Below, piece after piece: positions 9,516 through 17,773 of a DNA stretch of 24,000 nt. The stretch covers positions 1,766,366 through 1,790,365 of the forward strand of contig NZ_JAUHMF010000001.1 of assembly GCF_032334255.1 (NCBI RefSeq), given 5' to 3'. Numbering within the stretch: the stretch's first letter is position 1; every line of letters begins with the position of its first letter. A model generated the notes under the pieces. It worked only from the letters and a program-made list of their open reading frames with translations, was not told the DNA's origin and did not search any database. This DNA comes from Thermanaerothrix solaris. Lineage in GTDB: Bacteria > Chloroflexota > Anaerolineae > Anaerolineales > Anaerolineaceae. Made by a program: the position numbers and the translations under genes.

Positions 9516-10076
9516 TCAGCGCAAGAAGAGGATACCCACAAAACCGGCCGCCACCAACACCAGTGGTGCCGGCACGTTGAGCAGGTAAGCGATCAGGCTA
9601 CCACCGGCAATGGCGATAGATACCCAGTTAATCGAGGCCGTGGCTTCCCCCTGGAAGACTTTCCACGCCACCAGCACCATCAGCACAGCCACCGCTGGCG
9701 CTAATCCACGCACAAAGCCACCCACCCAGGCTTCACCGCTTAGCCAGCGCAAGGCCGAAGCCACCGCCAACATCAGCAGGGTGGGCGGCAAGATCGAACC
9801 GACTAGAGCCACCAGCGCGCCAGGCAAGCCACCCACACTGTAACCGACAAACATGGCCAGTTGCAGCGCATCACTGCCGGGCAGGACGCTGGAGAAGCCC
9901 ACCGCCTCCACAAACTGCGCCTCGGTCATCAATTTACCTTCGACCGCCTCTTTATACAGCAACCCCACCGAGGCCGGCCCGGAAGTAGTCAACAGGTTGA
10001 CCTTGAGAAACATCCAGAAAAGCGGCCAGAGGTTATTCACGGCACCGTCCTTTCTACGGTTATCTACAGGTGACAT
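9516..10076 (-). CDS. Chromate transporter family protein, single CHR domain
   Basis: 186 aa; LFWMFLKVNLLTTSGPASVGLLYKEAV, FVEAVGFSSVLPGSDALQLAMFVGYSVGGLPGALVALVGSILPP is typical of the CHR domain. Confidence 0.85.
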   Translation of the reverse strand: MSPVDNRRKDGAVNNLWPLFWMFLKVNLLTTSGPASVGLLYKEAVEGKLMTEAQFVEAVGFSSVLPGSDALQLAMFVGYSVGGLPGALVALVGSILPPTLLMLAVASALRWLSGEAWVGGFVRGLAPAVAVLMVLVAWKVFQGEATASINWVSIAIAGGSLIAYLLNVPAPLVLVAAGFVGILFLR

Positions 10077-10158
10077 AAAACGGGGAGAACAACAAAATTT
10101 AACCGGTGATGTGCCCGGAATGCGCCGTCTAATGTAAAATTATAAAAGAGGACGGCAA

Positions 10159-10572
10159 ATGGGCAAATCTGAAATGACCCCCGGCCAGGAAGAGCGCCTG
10201 CGGGTGCTGGAGCTGGTCTCCCAGGGGAAGATCAGCGCAGAGGAAGGTGCGCGCCTGATCGAGGCGCTGGAGCGCGGTGAGACGACACCACCACCGACAG
10301 CCGAGCCACAAACCCCGACTTTACGACCGGCCGGCCCGCGCTGGCTGCGAGTGCGCATCACCGATCTGCACAGCGAGCGCACGCTGGTTAACATGCGGCT
10401 GCCGGTCTCGGTGCTGGAAGCCGGGCTCCGCCTTGGTGCCCGCCTGGGTCCCTCCCTGACGGCCGACCAGCAGGCACACATCTTACGCGCCGTGCGCGCC
10501 GGCTACTCCGGCCTGATCCTGGATGTGCGCCATGAGGAAGCGGGTGAGCGGGTGGAAATCCTGCTCGAATGA
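10159..10572 (+). CDS. SHOCT-like/YvlB-like hypothetical protein
   Basis: 137 aa starting at ATG after GAGGAC; N-terminal EERLRVLELVSQGKISAEEGARLIEALERGE helix motif. Confidence 0.65.
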   Translation: MGKSEMTPGQEERLRVLELVSQGKISAEEGARLIEALERGETTPPPTAEPQTPTLRPAGPRWLRVRITDLHSERTLVNMRLPVSVLEAGLRLGARLGPSLTADQQAHILRAVRAGYSGLILDVRHEEAGERVEILLE

Positions 10573-10884
10573 TCAAGCCCCGGGCGCAATCTCCACTGCT
10601 TCGACCGTGACCTCGGGGAAAAACTGCCTGACCGTACCCTCAACCCATCCCTTGAGCGTCACCGGCGAAAGGGGGCAGCCCAGACACGCTCCACCCAGGC
10701 GCACCTGCACCACGTTGCCATCGAATGCCACAAAGTCCACCGATCCGCCGTGATAGGTCTCGATATACGCGCTGAGTTGCTCGATCAGCGCTCGAATCTG
10801 CTCTTCGGTACTAAACTGGGGTGCTTGATCGCCCATTCTTAATCCTCCGCAGACACTCGCCCTTAAGATCCATCCCACGTCCAA
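10573..10884 (-). CDS. NifU C-terminal-domain-like Fe-S scaffold protein
   Basis: 103 aa (likely start at internal MGDQAPQF...); IEQLSAYIETYHGGSVDFVAFDGNVVQVRLGGACLGCPLSPVTLKGWVEGTVRQFFPEV with a CxxC motif. Confidence 0.85.
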   Translation of the reverse strand: MDVGWILRASVCGGLRMGDQAPQFSTEEQIRALIEQLSAYIETYHGGSVDFVAFDGNVVQVRLGGACLGCPLSPVTLKGWVEGTVRQFFPEVTVEAVEIAPGA

Positions 10885-11374
10885 TCATATTTAACACGTC
10901 ACCGCGTAAATTGTCCAGCCGTTGGTGAATCAAACCGGCTAAACGCTCCATCAGGATCGCACCGGTATCGGGAAAGTACTCACACAGGTGCTGGAGTTGT
11001 TCACCACGGATGCGCAGTACCTGGCTTTCCTGGACGGCAACTGCCGATGAGGTATAGGTAGAGCGCCCCAATGCCGCCGACCAACCGAAGACCCCACCCG
11101 GCAGAATGTGCGCGACCACCAGAGCCGGGCCATCGTACGGTTTATAGTGAATGGTGACCTCACCACGGAAGAGGATATAGAAGAACTCTGCCCGCGTGCC
11201 CTGAGCAAAGATCTCGGTCTCTGCCGCGTAGGTGTGCTCTTCCATCAGCGTGAGCAAATGGTCCACCTGCTCGGCGCTGAAACCCTGAAAAAGAGGAAAC
11301 GTCAACAGTTCCGCTCTGGACATTGACTTTATGTTAAAACAAAGCCCTGCCGGGGTTGAAGTGGCAAATGTCAT
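10811..11374 (-). CDS. CRP/FNR-like cyclic-nucleotide-binding-domain protein
   Basis: 187 aa; FPLFQGFSAEQVDHLLTLMEEHTYAAETEIFAQGTRAEFFYILFRGEVTIH...PGGVFGWSAAL. Start probably at the internal MSRAELL. Overlaps the upstream end of the NifU-like ORF. Confidence 0.8.
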   Translation of the reverse strand: MTFATSTPAGLCFNIKSMSRAELLTFPLFQGFSAEQVDHLLTLMEEHTYAAETEIFAQGTRAEFFYILFRGEVTIHYKPYDGPALVVAHILPGGVFGWSAALGRSTYTSSAVAVQESQVLRIRGEQLQHLCEYFPDTGAILMERLAGLIHQRLDNLRGDVLNMIGRGMDLKGECLRRIKNGRSSTPV

Positions 11375-11460
11375 CTTCTACAGGATGAAACTTCACCCCT
11401 CAGCAGGGAAAGGCGTCACCACCGCCTGATGTCCTGGCCGCCCCGACGCGGAAGCGGGTT

Positions 11461-11934
11461 TTATCCCAACGCCTGATGCAAAGCCTGCAGGGCTTGCGCG
11501 GCGGTTTCTGCAGCGGCCAGTTGCTCCAACAGGCCGGGGGATTGCAGCAGTTCAACCACTTGCTGGATGAGTTCGACCTGCTTCTCGCGTTCCTTGATCG
11601 CCAGCAGGATGATCACGCGCACATCCAGGCTCACCGAACCATCCGTGCCCATCTGGCCGAAGCGAACCGGGGTTTTCAGCGTGCCAATGGCGACCGCGGT
11701 TTGACGCACGTGCTCCGGATCGGCATGGGGTAGGGCGCTGGCCAAGGGCCGGGTGGGCAAGCCGGTGGGGAAGACCTGCTCGCGTTCCCAAACATCCCGC
11801 GCAAATTCGGGCTCCACGTGCCCGGTCTGTACCAATGCCGCAACCAGGCGCTCCAGCGCCTCGCGCGCATCCTGGGCTTCCAGGTTCAAGACCAGGTGTT
11901 CGGGGCGTAACAGATCCTTAAGCCGATGCTGCAT
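11461..11934 (-). CDS. PTS sugar transporter subunit IIA (fructose/mannitol-type, SgcA-like)
   Basis: 157 aa; LERLVAALVQTGHVEPEFARDVWEREQVFPTGLPTRPLASALPHADPEHVRQTAVAIGTLKTPVRF. The conserved PHAD-type phospho-His region is present. Confidence 0.85.
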   Translation of the reverse strand: MQHRLKDLLRPEHLVLNLEAQDAREALERLVAALVQTGHVEPEFARDVWEREQVFPTGLPTRPLASALPHADPEHVRQTAVAIGTLKTPVRFGQMGTDGSVSLDVRVIILLAIKEREKQVELIQQVVELLQSPGLLEQLAAAETAAQALQALHQALG

Positions 11935-12598
11935 GAGATGAAACCTCGGCGATAGCGTCGCGCAAGCGTTGCAGGTTATCCGATACGGCGTTGTCCTTGA
12001 AAAGCGCCCGCCCGATCACCAGGGTATGGGCGCCAGCGGTCACCACTTGGTGCAGATTCTGGGCATTAATCCCGCCATCCACCACCCATTCCACATCCTC
12101 CAGACCGGGTTGGTGTTTGCCCTGGCGCACCTTTGCTACCACGTCCGGCAAGAAGGGACAGTCGGGCCCCTCGGGCTCGCTGGTCAAGATGAGAATAAAA
12201 TCCAAGTAGGGGCGGAGATAGGCCAGATCCGGCAGGGGGGTAGCCGGGTTGAGCGCAATGCCGGCCCGGGCGCCGGCTTCGACGATCTGGCGCAAGGTAC
12301 GCCGTGGGTACGGACAGGCTTCATAATGCACGGATATGCGGTTAGCGCCCATGCGCACCAGGTCGGGGATCAGCCATTCGGGGTTGACCATCATCAGGTG
12401 CACGTCGAAGGGCAGCGGCGTCAGGGGGCGCAGGTCGGCGATGAGTTTGGTGCCCAGGGTCATCACCGGGACAAATACTCCATCTTCGATATCGAAGTGA
12501 AGGTAGTCCACCCCGGCAGCGGTGAGGGCGTGCACCACTTCTCCCAATCGGTCTAAAGGCGCTGCGGCCAGGGAAGCCGAAATCTTGATTGGCGTCAT
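11918..12598 (-). CDS. rpe: Ribulose-phosphate 3-epimerase (SgcE-like)
   Basis: Open from 12847, but the likely start is ATG at 12598 (MTPIKISASLAAAPLDRLGEVVHALTAAGVDYLHFDIEDGVFVPVMTLG...), overlapping the upstream stop by 4 nt (ATGA). Motifs FDVHLMMVNPE, VEWVVDGGINAQN, VIGRALF. Confidence 0.85.
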   Translation of the reverse strand: MTPIKISASLAAAPLDRLGEVVHALTAAGVDYLHFDIEDGVFVPVMTLGTKLIADLRPLTPLPFDVHLMMVNPEWLIPDLVRMGANRISVHYEACPYPRRTLRQIVEAGARAGIALNPATPLPDLAYLRPYLDFILILTSEPEGPDCPFLPDVVAKVRQGKHQPGLEDVEWVVDGGINAQNLHQVVTAGAHTLVIGRALFKDNAVSDNLQRLRDAIAEVSSHAASA

Positions 12599-13422
12599 GC
12601 CGGTCGGATCATCCTCACTTTGTTCATGATGGCTTTGACCCGTTCTACATCCACCGCATTCCAGGTGTAACCGTCTACTTTGAATGCCGAGCCAATGACC
12701 GCTCCATCCGCAACCGCCAATTGCTCGGCCACGTTCTCCAGGTTGACACCCGTGTTGGCAAAGACCGGTGTGTTGGGCACGGCCTCTTTGACGATTTTCA
12801 GGGTCTGGGTGGAAACTCCGCTTCCCGCGGTCAGGCCAGAGACGCACAACGCATCAGGTCGGGTGTTGAATACGGTCGAACGGGCGATATCGGCGATGTG
12901 GCGCTGGCCGAGGTACGCTGCCGATTCGGGCACGATGTTGAAGAAGAGACGCACGTGCTGGGCGCCGATGCGGTGCTGATGACGGATCACCGCCCCGGGA
13001 TTGGTGTTCCACAGCCCGAAATCCGAGCCATAGACGCCGGTGAACACCTCGCGCACAAACTGCGCCCCCGTTGCCACGGCCAGATCCAGCGAAGCCCGTG
13101 CATCCCACAAGACATTGACGCCGAAGGGAACGTGCACGTGGGGTTTAAGTTGGGCAATCACCGCCGCCATGCACGCCACGGTTACCGCCTCCACCTGGGT
13201 CAAATAGGGCAGGCTGAATTCATTGGAGAACAAGATGGCATCCACACCCCCCGTTTGTAAAGCCTGCACATCAGCCAGGGCACATTCATAAACCCAGTCG
13301 AGGCCTTTGGCGGGATCGTACTGGGGATCGCCGGGCAGGGCACGCAGGTGGCACATGCCGATAATCGGCTTGGAAACGCCGAAGAGTTCTCTAATCCATG
13401 ATTCCATGCGTCGCCTCCTCAA
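12595..13422 (-). CDS. BtpA/SgcQ family protein
   Basis: 275 aa; KPIIGMCHLRALPGDPQYD, GVDAILFSNEFSLPYLTQV, PFGVNVLWDARASLDLAVATGAQFVREVFTGVYGSDFG. Confidence 0.9.
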   Translation of the reverse strand: MRRRRMESWIRELFGVSKPIIGMCHLRALPGDPQYDPAKGLDWVYECALADVQALQTGGVDAILFSNEFSLPYLTQVEAVTVACMAAVIAQLKPHVHVPFGVNVLWDARASLDLAVATGAQFVREVFTGVYGSDFGLWNTNPGAVIRHQHRIGAQHVRLFFNIVPESAAYLGQRHIADIARSTVFNTRPDALCVSGLTAGSGVSTQTLKIVKEAVPNTPVFANTGVNLENVAEQLAVADGAVIGSAFKVDGYTWNAVDVERVKAIMNKVRMIRPA

Positions 13423-13470
13423 TCCAGGGTTTGTGATGATGCGAGCATTATGCTTCCCTTCTCGATTCGG

Positions 13471-14568
13471 TCACCCCCGTGAAAGATCCAGGGCAGGTGA
13501 GAATTTGGTCGCCACGGCGGTAAGCAAGCGGATGGCATGCGCAATATCCGCTTCGTGGCACATCTGGGCCGCGGAATGGGTATACCGTTGGGGGATCGAG
13601 AGCCCCGCAATGACATAACCTCGCTCGCCCAGGTAGAGTTGAAAGGCAGGATCGGTAATGACGCCCACGATGACCTCGCGCTGGGTGGGAATGCCCAATT
13701 CCTGCGCCACGTTTTCGATAAACCGGCGCAGTTTGGGGGATGAGAACAGCCCGCCCAGGGTTCCCCGCCCGTGAAAATCCATCATCTTGACCGCCGGCCC
13801 CTGGCGCATGGCGACCGGATGAAGTGGGTTTTCGGCCGGCGTATCTACCGCTACGGTGATATCCACCGAGATAATCGCGTCGGGTCGGGTGGCATTAACC
13901 ACCGGGAGCGAGCCGCGAATGCTGAATTCCTCTAAGACGGTAAAGGCAAAGATCAGGGTGCAAGGTGGGCGCTGAGCCTGAAAATGCTTGAGCAATTCCA
14001 GCAAAACAAACACCCCCACCCGGTTATCCAACGCTTTAGCGCAGACCATGCCATCGCCAAAGCGGTTGAAGTTGGGCGCGTAGGTCACCGTATCGCCGAC
14101 GCGGATGCCCAGGGCTTCCACCGCCGCGCGGCTGGACACCCCCACATCAATGAACATCTCGTGCACCGAAGGCACACGGTATTTTTCGTCCGCACCGGTC
14201 ACGTGGTGCGATTTGGCCCCGATATAGCCAGGGATACGGCGCCCGTCTTCCGTCTTGATCTCCACCCGCTGTCCCAGAAGCGATTTTTCGGGCATGCCCC
14301 CGATGCGCTCAATGAGCAGAAAACCCTCGGCAGTAATGTTGCGCACGATCAGTCCCAGTTCATCCAGGTGGGCTTGGAGCATCAGGCGGTAATCGGGATA
14401 GGTCGTCCCGCGCAGGATGCCGACGACGTTACCGAGGCGATCCACCCACCACTCATCCACCCAGGGACGAATGGTATCGCGGACAAAAGCGACAATCTCG
14501 TCCTCGTGCCCGGAAACAGCGTGAAACGCGCACAACGTCTCCAATAAAGGCCAGTCATAATGATCCAT
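13471..14568 (-). CDS. M42 family metallopeptidase/glucanase-like (SgcX-like)
   Basis: 365 aa; AVSGHEDEIVAFV, LMLQAHLDELGLIV, KALDNRVGVFVLLELLK, TVLEEFSIRGS, RYTHSAAQMCHEADI. Confidence 0.92.
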   Translation of the reverse strand: MDHYDWPLLETLCAFHAVSGHEDEIVAFVRDTIRPWVDEWWVDRLGNVVGILRGTTYPDYRLMLQAHLDELGLIVRNITAEGFLLIERIGGMPEKSLLGQRVEIKTEDGRRIPGYIGAKSHHVTGADEKYRVPSVHEMFIDVGVSSRAAVEALGIRVGDTVTYAPNFNRFGDGMVCAKALDNRVGVFVLLELLKHFQAQRPPCTLIFAFTVLEEFSIRGSLPVVNATRPDAIISVDITVAVDTPAENPLHPVAMRQGPAVKMMDFHGRGTLGGLFSSPKLRRFIENVAQELGIPTQREVIVGVITDPAFQLYLGERGYVIAGLSIPQRYTHSAAQMCHEADIAHAIRLLTAVATKFSPALDLSRG

Positions 14569-14631
14569 ACCAAGTTACCTCGAAGGGTGTGTGGGGAAGG
14601 GCAGGCATCGCCCTTCCCCACCGATGATAGA

Positions 14632-15930
14632 CTATCTCCCAAAGATCAGGCGGGTGATGGTGGTTAGCACCCAGGCAATCCAGTTGCCGCCAGAAAGACC
14701 GGTGATCTGCACCGCGCCCTGGGGGATGGCGTACCCAATATCACGGGCGATCTGGGTCAGCAGGGGCGCAAAGGCGCTGGAGATATAGAGCACCATGGTC
14801 ATGATCAAAATGCCGTAGAGCACCGAGCGGAAGAAGTTCCCCCGCGTCAGCGGCGGCACCATACACACGAAGAACGCCGTTGCGGCCAGGTCAGCGGCGG
14901 GCAGAGTGGTGTTGCCGGGTAGGATGGCGGCCAACAGCAGGGTGATCGGGATCAACAGGATACCGGTGGCAATGGTGATGGGGTGCCCGATCAGGATGGC
15001 CGAATCCAGACCGACGTAGAACTCTCGCCCGGCGAAGCGCTTCTGCATGAAGGTGCGCGCAGCTTCGGAGACCGGGGTCAGCCCTTCCATGAAAATGGCG
15101 ATGATACGCGGGATCAGCAGCATCACGGCCGCCATTTGCACCGCCAGCATCAAGACCTTACCCAACACCTCGTTGAAGGTCATTCCGGCCGGATTTATGC
15201 CGTAAGCCAGGATGCCGAACAGCAAGCCCAGAATCGCCCCCATAATGATCGGCTGGCCAAAAATGCCCAGGCGTTTCTGCAGGGTCTCGGAGTCCCAATA
15301 GACATCGCGCAAGCCGGGGATCTTCTCCACGATCCAGTTGAAGATTTTGATGATTGGCACCGAGGTAATCGCCCAACCCTGGGGAATAGAGATGCCCGGA
15401 AGTTTAAAGAAGCCTTGCACGTCCTTAGCCACCCAGTCGGCGATCAATAGGGCTACCGCGGCGTGGATGGCGGCGGCAATTAACCCCAGCAATAGATTGC
15501 CCCCGCTGACCAGGTAAACCAGCGAACCGGTGAAGGCATAGTGCCAGTAGTTCCACATGTCCACGTTGAGCGTCTTGGTCCAATTGAGCAGGAGCATGAT
15601 CAGGTTGACCCCCAGGGCGACGATAAAGACCAAGGAGCCGACCGCAGTACCAAAGGCGATGGCTGCCGCCACGCCCCACCCCACATCCAGCGAGTTCAGT
15701 TGCAACCCGGTGGACTTAACCAGGGCATCAGTGGCCGGACCCAACGCCTGGAATAAAAGGTTGATTACCAGGCCCAGGCCGATGAAGCCCACCCCGACCG
15801 TGAGCGAGGAGATGAACGCCCGGCTGAGTTTTTGCCCCAAGATGAGGCTCAGAATGAAGATAACAATCGGCAGCATGACCGGCGAACCCAGGCCGGTTAG
15901 AAAATCGAAAATTGATTTGATCGCTTCCAT
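14632..15930 (-). CDS. PTS galactitol-type transporter subunit IIC (GatC/SgcC-like)
   Basis: 432 aa; LGSPVMLPIVIFILSLILGQKLSRAFISSLTVGVGFIGLGLVINLL, LNSLDVGWGVAAAIAFGTAVGS, AVMLLIPRIIAIFMEGLTPVSEAARTFMQKRFAGRE. Confidence 0.93.
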   Translation of the reverse strand: MEAIKSIFDFLTGLGSPVMLPIVIFILSLILGQKLSRAFISSLTVGVGFIGLGLVINLLFQALGPATDALVKSTGLQLNSLDVGWGVAAAIAFGTAVGSLVFIVALGVNLIMLLLNWTKTLNVDMWNYWHYAFTGSLVYLVSGGNLLLGLIAAAIHAAVALLIADWVAKDVQGFFKLPGISIPQGWAITSVPIIKIFNWIVEKIPGLRDVYWDSETLQKRLGIFGQPIIMGAILGLLFGILAYGINPAGMTFNEVLGKVLMLAVQMAAVMLLIPRIIAIFMEGLTPVSEAARTFMQKRFAGREFYVGLDSAILIGHPITIATGILLIPITLLLAAILPGNTTLPAADLAATAFFVCMVPPLTRGNFFRSVLYGILIMTMVLYISSAFAPLLTQIARDIGYAIPQGAVQITGLSGGNWIAWVLTTITRLIFGR

Positions 15931-15986
15931 CTTTCGTTACTCCTTTCTTCCTCCCGCTTTTGTCACATCGGATGAAACAATGGGAA

Positions 15987-16289
15987 TTAGGATTTTTGTC
16001 GTAGAATTTGTTCGATCTTATCCACCACCTCCTTTACGCCAAATCCAGTTAAGAAAGGAATGCCATCCACCACCGGGATGTCCACATCGAAAGGCACCTG
16101 AGCGGTTGCCACAATCACATCGGCATTCAGGGTCATACCGGGCAGATCTTGAACGCGGCATTGCACGGTTTGCACCTCCAGACCGCGTTCAGCCAACAAT
16201 TCCTTGATCTTAAGGGCTACATGGGTTGAGGTTGCGATGGCCGTACCACAGGCCACTAGGATGGTATAGGTTTTGGGTGCGGTCATCAT
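15987..16289 (-). CDS. PTS galactitol-type transporter subunit IIB (SgcB-like)
   Basis: 100 aa; TYTILVACGTAIATSTHVALKIKELLAERGLEVQTVQCRV, with the phospho-Cys in VACGTAIATST. Confidence 0.92.
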   Translation of the reverse strand: MMTAPKTYTILVACGTAIATSTHVALKIKELLAERGLEVQTVQCRVQDLPGMTLNADVIVATAQVPFDVDIPVVDGIPFLTGFGVKEVVDKIEQILRQKS

Positions 16290-16292
16290 GGG

Positions 16293-16811
16293 TTACGCTC
16301 CGCCGAAAAGATCACGAAAGGTTAGTTCAAACATCCAGATGTCGTATTCGTAGGCATCGTCAAAAGGTGGGGGAACGACGGCCAAGAGGCGGAATTTTTT
16401 GCTGGCCAGTTGTGCTTCAAAGCGGGTGGGCACGTTCCCTGGGTTGCCAAACTGAGAGTGGACGATCACAGTTTCGGCGTTCTCGGCATCTTTGAGCCAT
16501 TCGAGCAACGCCTCGGTCTCCGCTGTGATCGAGCCGGGTTCGCAGATCCCCACAATAAACGTATCCCCGCTTTGCGCCAGCACATCTACGGTGAAAGTAT
16601 GCTCATTCAAGCGCACCCGAGGCAGGATAAAGACCTGCTCGGCGCCCTGGTTAAAAAGCGCCCGCGCAACATAGAAGCGGAAAATATGACGTAAATGAGC
16701 GTCCTCATGGGCGGGTTTGAGGATATCACTGCGGAACGCCATGTAGGTTTTGGTGTGCTCGGGAAGAACCCGCATGGGTTCATGGGTGGGATCAAGGGTG
16801 AGGTTCATCAT
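16293..16811 (-). CDS. Hypothetical protein embedded in the PTS operon
   Basis: Open from 16886; likely start at 16811 or 16808 (MMNLTLDPTHEPMRVLPEHTK...), just downstream of the DeoR stop. Predicted alpha-beta-beta-beta-alpha-beta order: HIFRFYVARALFNQGAEQV / FILPRVRL / TFTVDVLAQ / TFIVGICEPG / TEALLEWLKDAEN / TVIVHSQFG. Confidence 0.75.
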   Translation of the reverse strand: MMNLTLDPTHEPMRVLPEHTKTYMAFRSDILKPAHEDAHLRHIFRFYVARALFNQGAEQVFILPRVRLNEHTFTVDVLAQSGDTFIVGICEPGSITAETEALLEWLKDAENAETVIVHSQFGNPGNVPTRFEAQLASKKFRLLAVVPPPFDDAYEYDIWMFELTFRDLFGGA

Positions 16812-16821
16812 GGCTCTCCGT

Positions 16822-17613
16822 TCAGAGAGCGGGGGTGGTGTGGGCGATAATGACCTTAATACCCGCTTGCTGTAGGGCTTCGACAATCTCGGGGGAGACT
16901 TTGTCGTCGGTGATGAGGCAATCTATGGCCGTGAGGGGGGCAATGGAGGCAAACGCGGTGACACCGAATTTGCTGCTATCGGCGACCACGATTTTCTCGC
17001 GCGCCGTGCGCAGGAGGACTTTTTTGATTTGGGTGTCTTCAAAGTTATATTCGGTCAACCCATCGTCGAGGCTAATCCCGCCGACGCCGATAAAGGCTTT
17101 ATCCACATGCAATTCGTTATAAATCCGTTCGGCGATAGCCCCGATCATCGAGAGTTCACGCGGGCGCACGATCCCGCCGGTCAAGATCAGGCGTGCATCC
17201 ACCTCCAGCGAGAGATGATTGACCACGGCATTGGCAATTTGCAGGCACGAGGTCACGATGGTGAGATTGCGTTTGGTTTTTAGGTGAGGCACAATTTCCA
17301 GCGTGGTGCTGCCCACATCCAGGGCAATGCTGTCGCCATCGTAAATGAGATCAGCAGCGGCGCGTCCTATGGCTTGCTTGGCGGCGTGATTCTTGGTAAC
17401 GCGGGTACTGAAGGGGGGTTCGTAACTACGCCCCAGGTTGGCAACGGCACCACCGTGCACACGGCGCACCAAGCCCTGCCGATCCAGTTCATTCAGGTCG
17501 CGGCGGGCGGTCATCTCGGAGACGTTGAAGAGGCTAGCGATCTCGGCAATCGAGATGCTGCCCTTTTCCAACACCATCTCCACGATTTTGGCCTGGCGCT
17601 CTGCCGTATTCAC
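16822..17613 (-). CDS. DeoR family transcriptional regulator (SgcR-like)
   Basis: 263 aa; N-terminal HTH ERQAKIVEMVLEKGSISIAEIASLFNVSEMTARRDLNELDRQGLVRRVHGGAV; C-terminal sugar-phosphate sensor DGDSIALDVGSTTLE, KAFIGVGGISLDDGLTEYN. Confidence 0.95.
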   Translation of the reverse strand: MNTAERQAKIVEMVLEKGSISIAEIASLFNVSEMTARRDLNELDRQGLVRRVHGGAVANLGRSYEPPFSTRVTKNHAAKQAIGRAAADLIYDGDSIALDVGSTTLEIVPHLKTKRNLTIVTSCLQIANAVVNHLSLEVDARLILTGGIVRPRELSMIGAIAERIYNELHVDKAFIGVGGISLDDGLTEYNFEDTQIKKVLLRTAREKIVVADSSKFGVTAFASIAPLTAIDCLITDDKVSPEIVEALQQAGIKVIIAHTTPAL

Positions 17614-17646
17614 CGCTCACTCCGCTTTTTGTTTGAATTTGTTTAT

Positions 17647-17675
17647 ATGATACAAATTATTTGTTCGAATGTCAA
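17647..17675 (-). promoter_or_regulatory. Putative sigma70-type promoter of the DeoR/PTS cluster with internal inverted repeat
   Basis: Minus strand TTGACA (17675-17670), 17-nt spacer, TATCAT (17652-17647). The perfect inverted repeat ACAAAT-T-ATTTGT (17652-17664) lies in the spacer. Confidence 0.7.
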
Positions 17676-17701
17676 TCGGTTTAACACCCCAATTTTCCCC
17701 C

Positions 17702-17730
17702 TTGACACAGGAGTTTTCTGGATGTAAAAT
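17702..17730 (+). promoter_or_regulatory. Putative sigma70-type promoter for the 17774-20400 operon
   Basis: TTGACA (17702-17707), 17-nt spacer, TAAAAT (17725-17730); gene start 44 nt downstream. Confidence 0.65.
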
Positions 17731-17773
17731 AACTACAAACAAGTCTGTATTGCAAACTGGTATGTGAGGATTT

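Noticed and set aside
11969-13260. Plus-strand ORFs 11969..12556 and 12589..13260
   Set aside because: Antisense to the epimerase and BtpA/SgcQ genes, which have clear family motifs.
13984-14547. Plus-strand 187-aa ORF
   Set aside because: Antisense to the M42 peptidase gene.
15557-16207. Plus-strand 216-aa ORF
   Set aside because: Antisense to PTS IIC/IIB genes.
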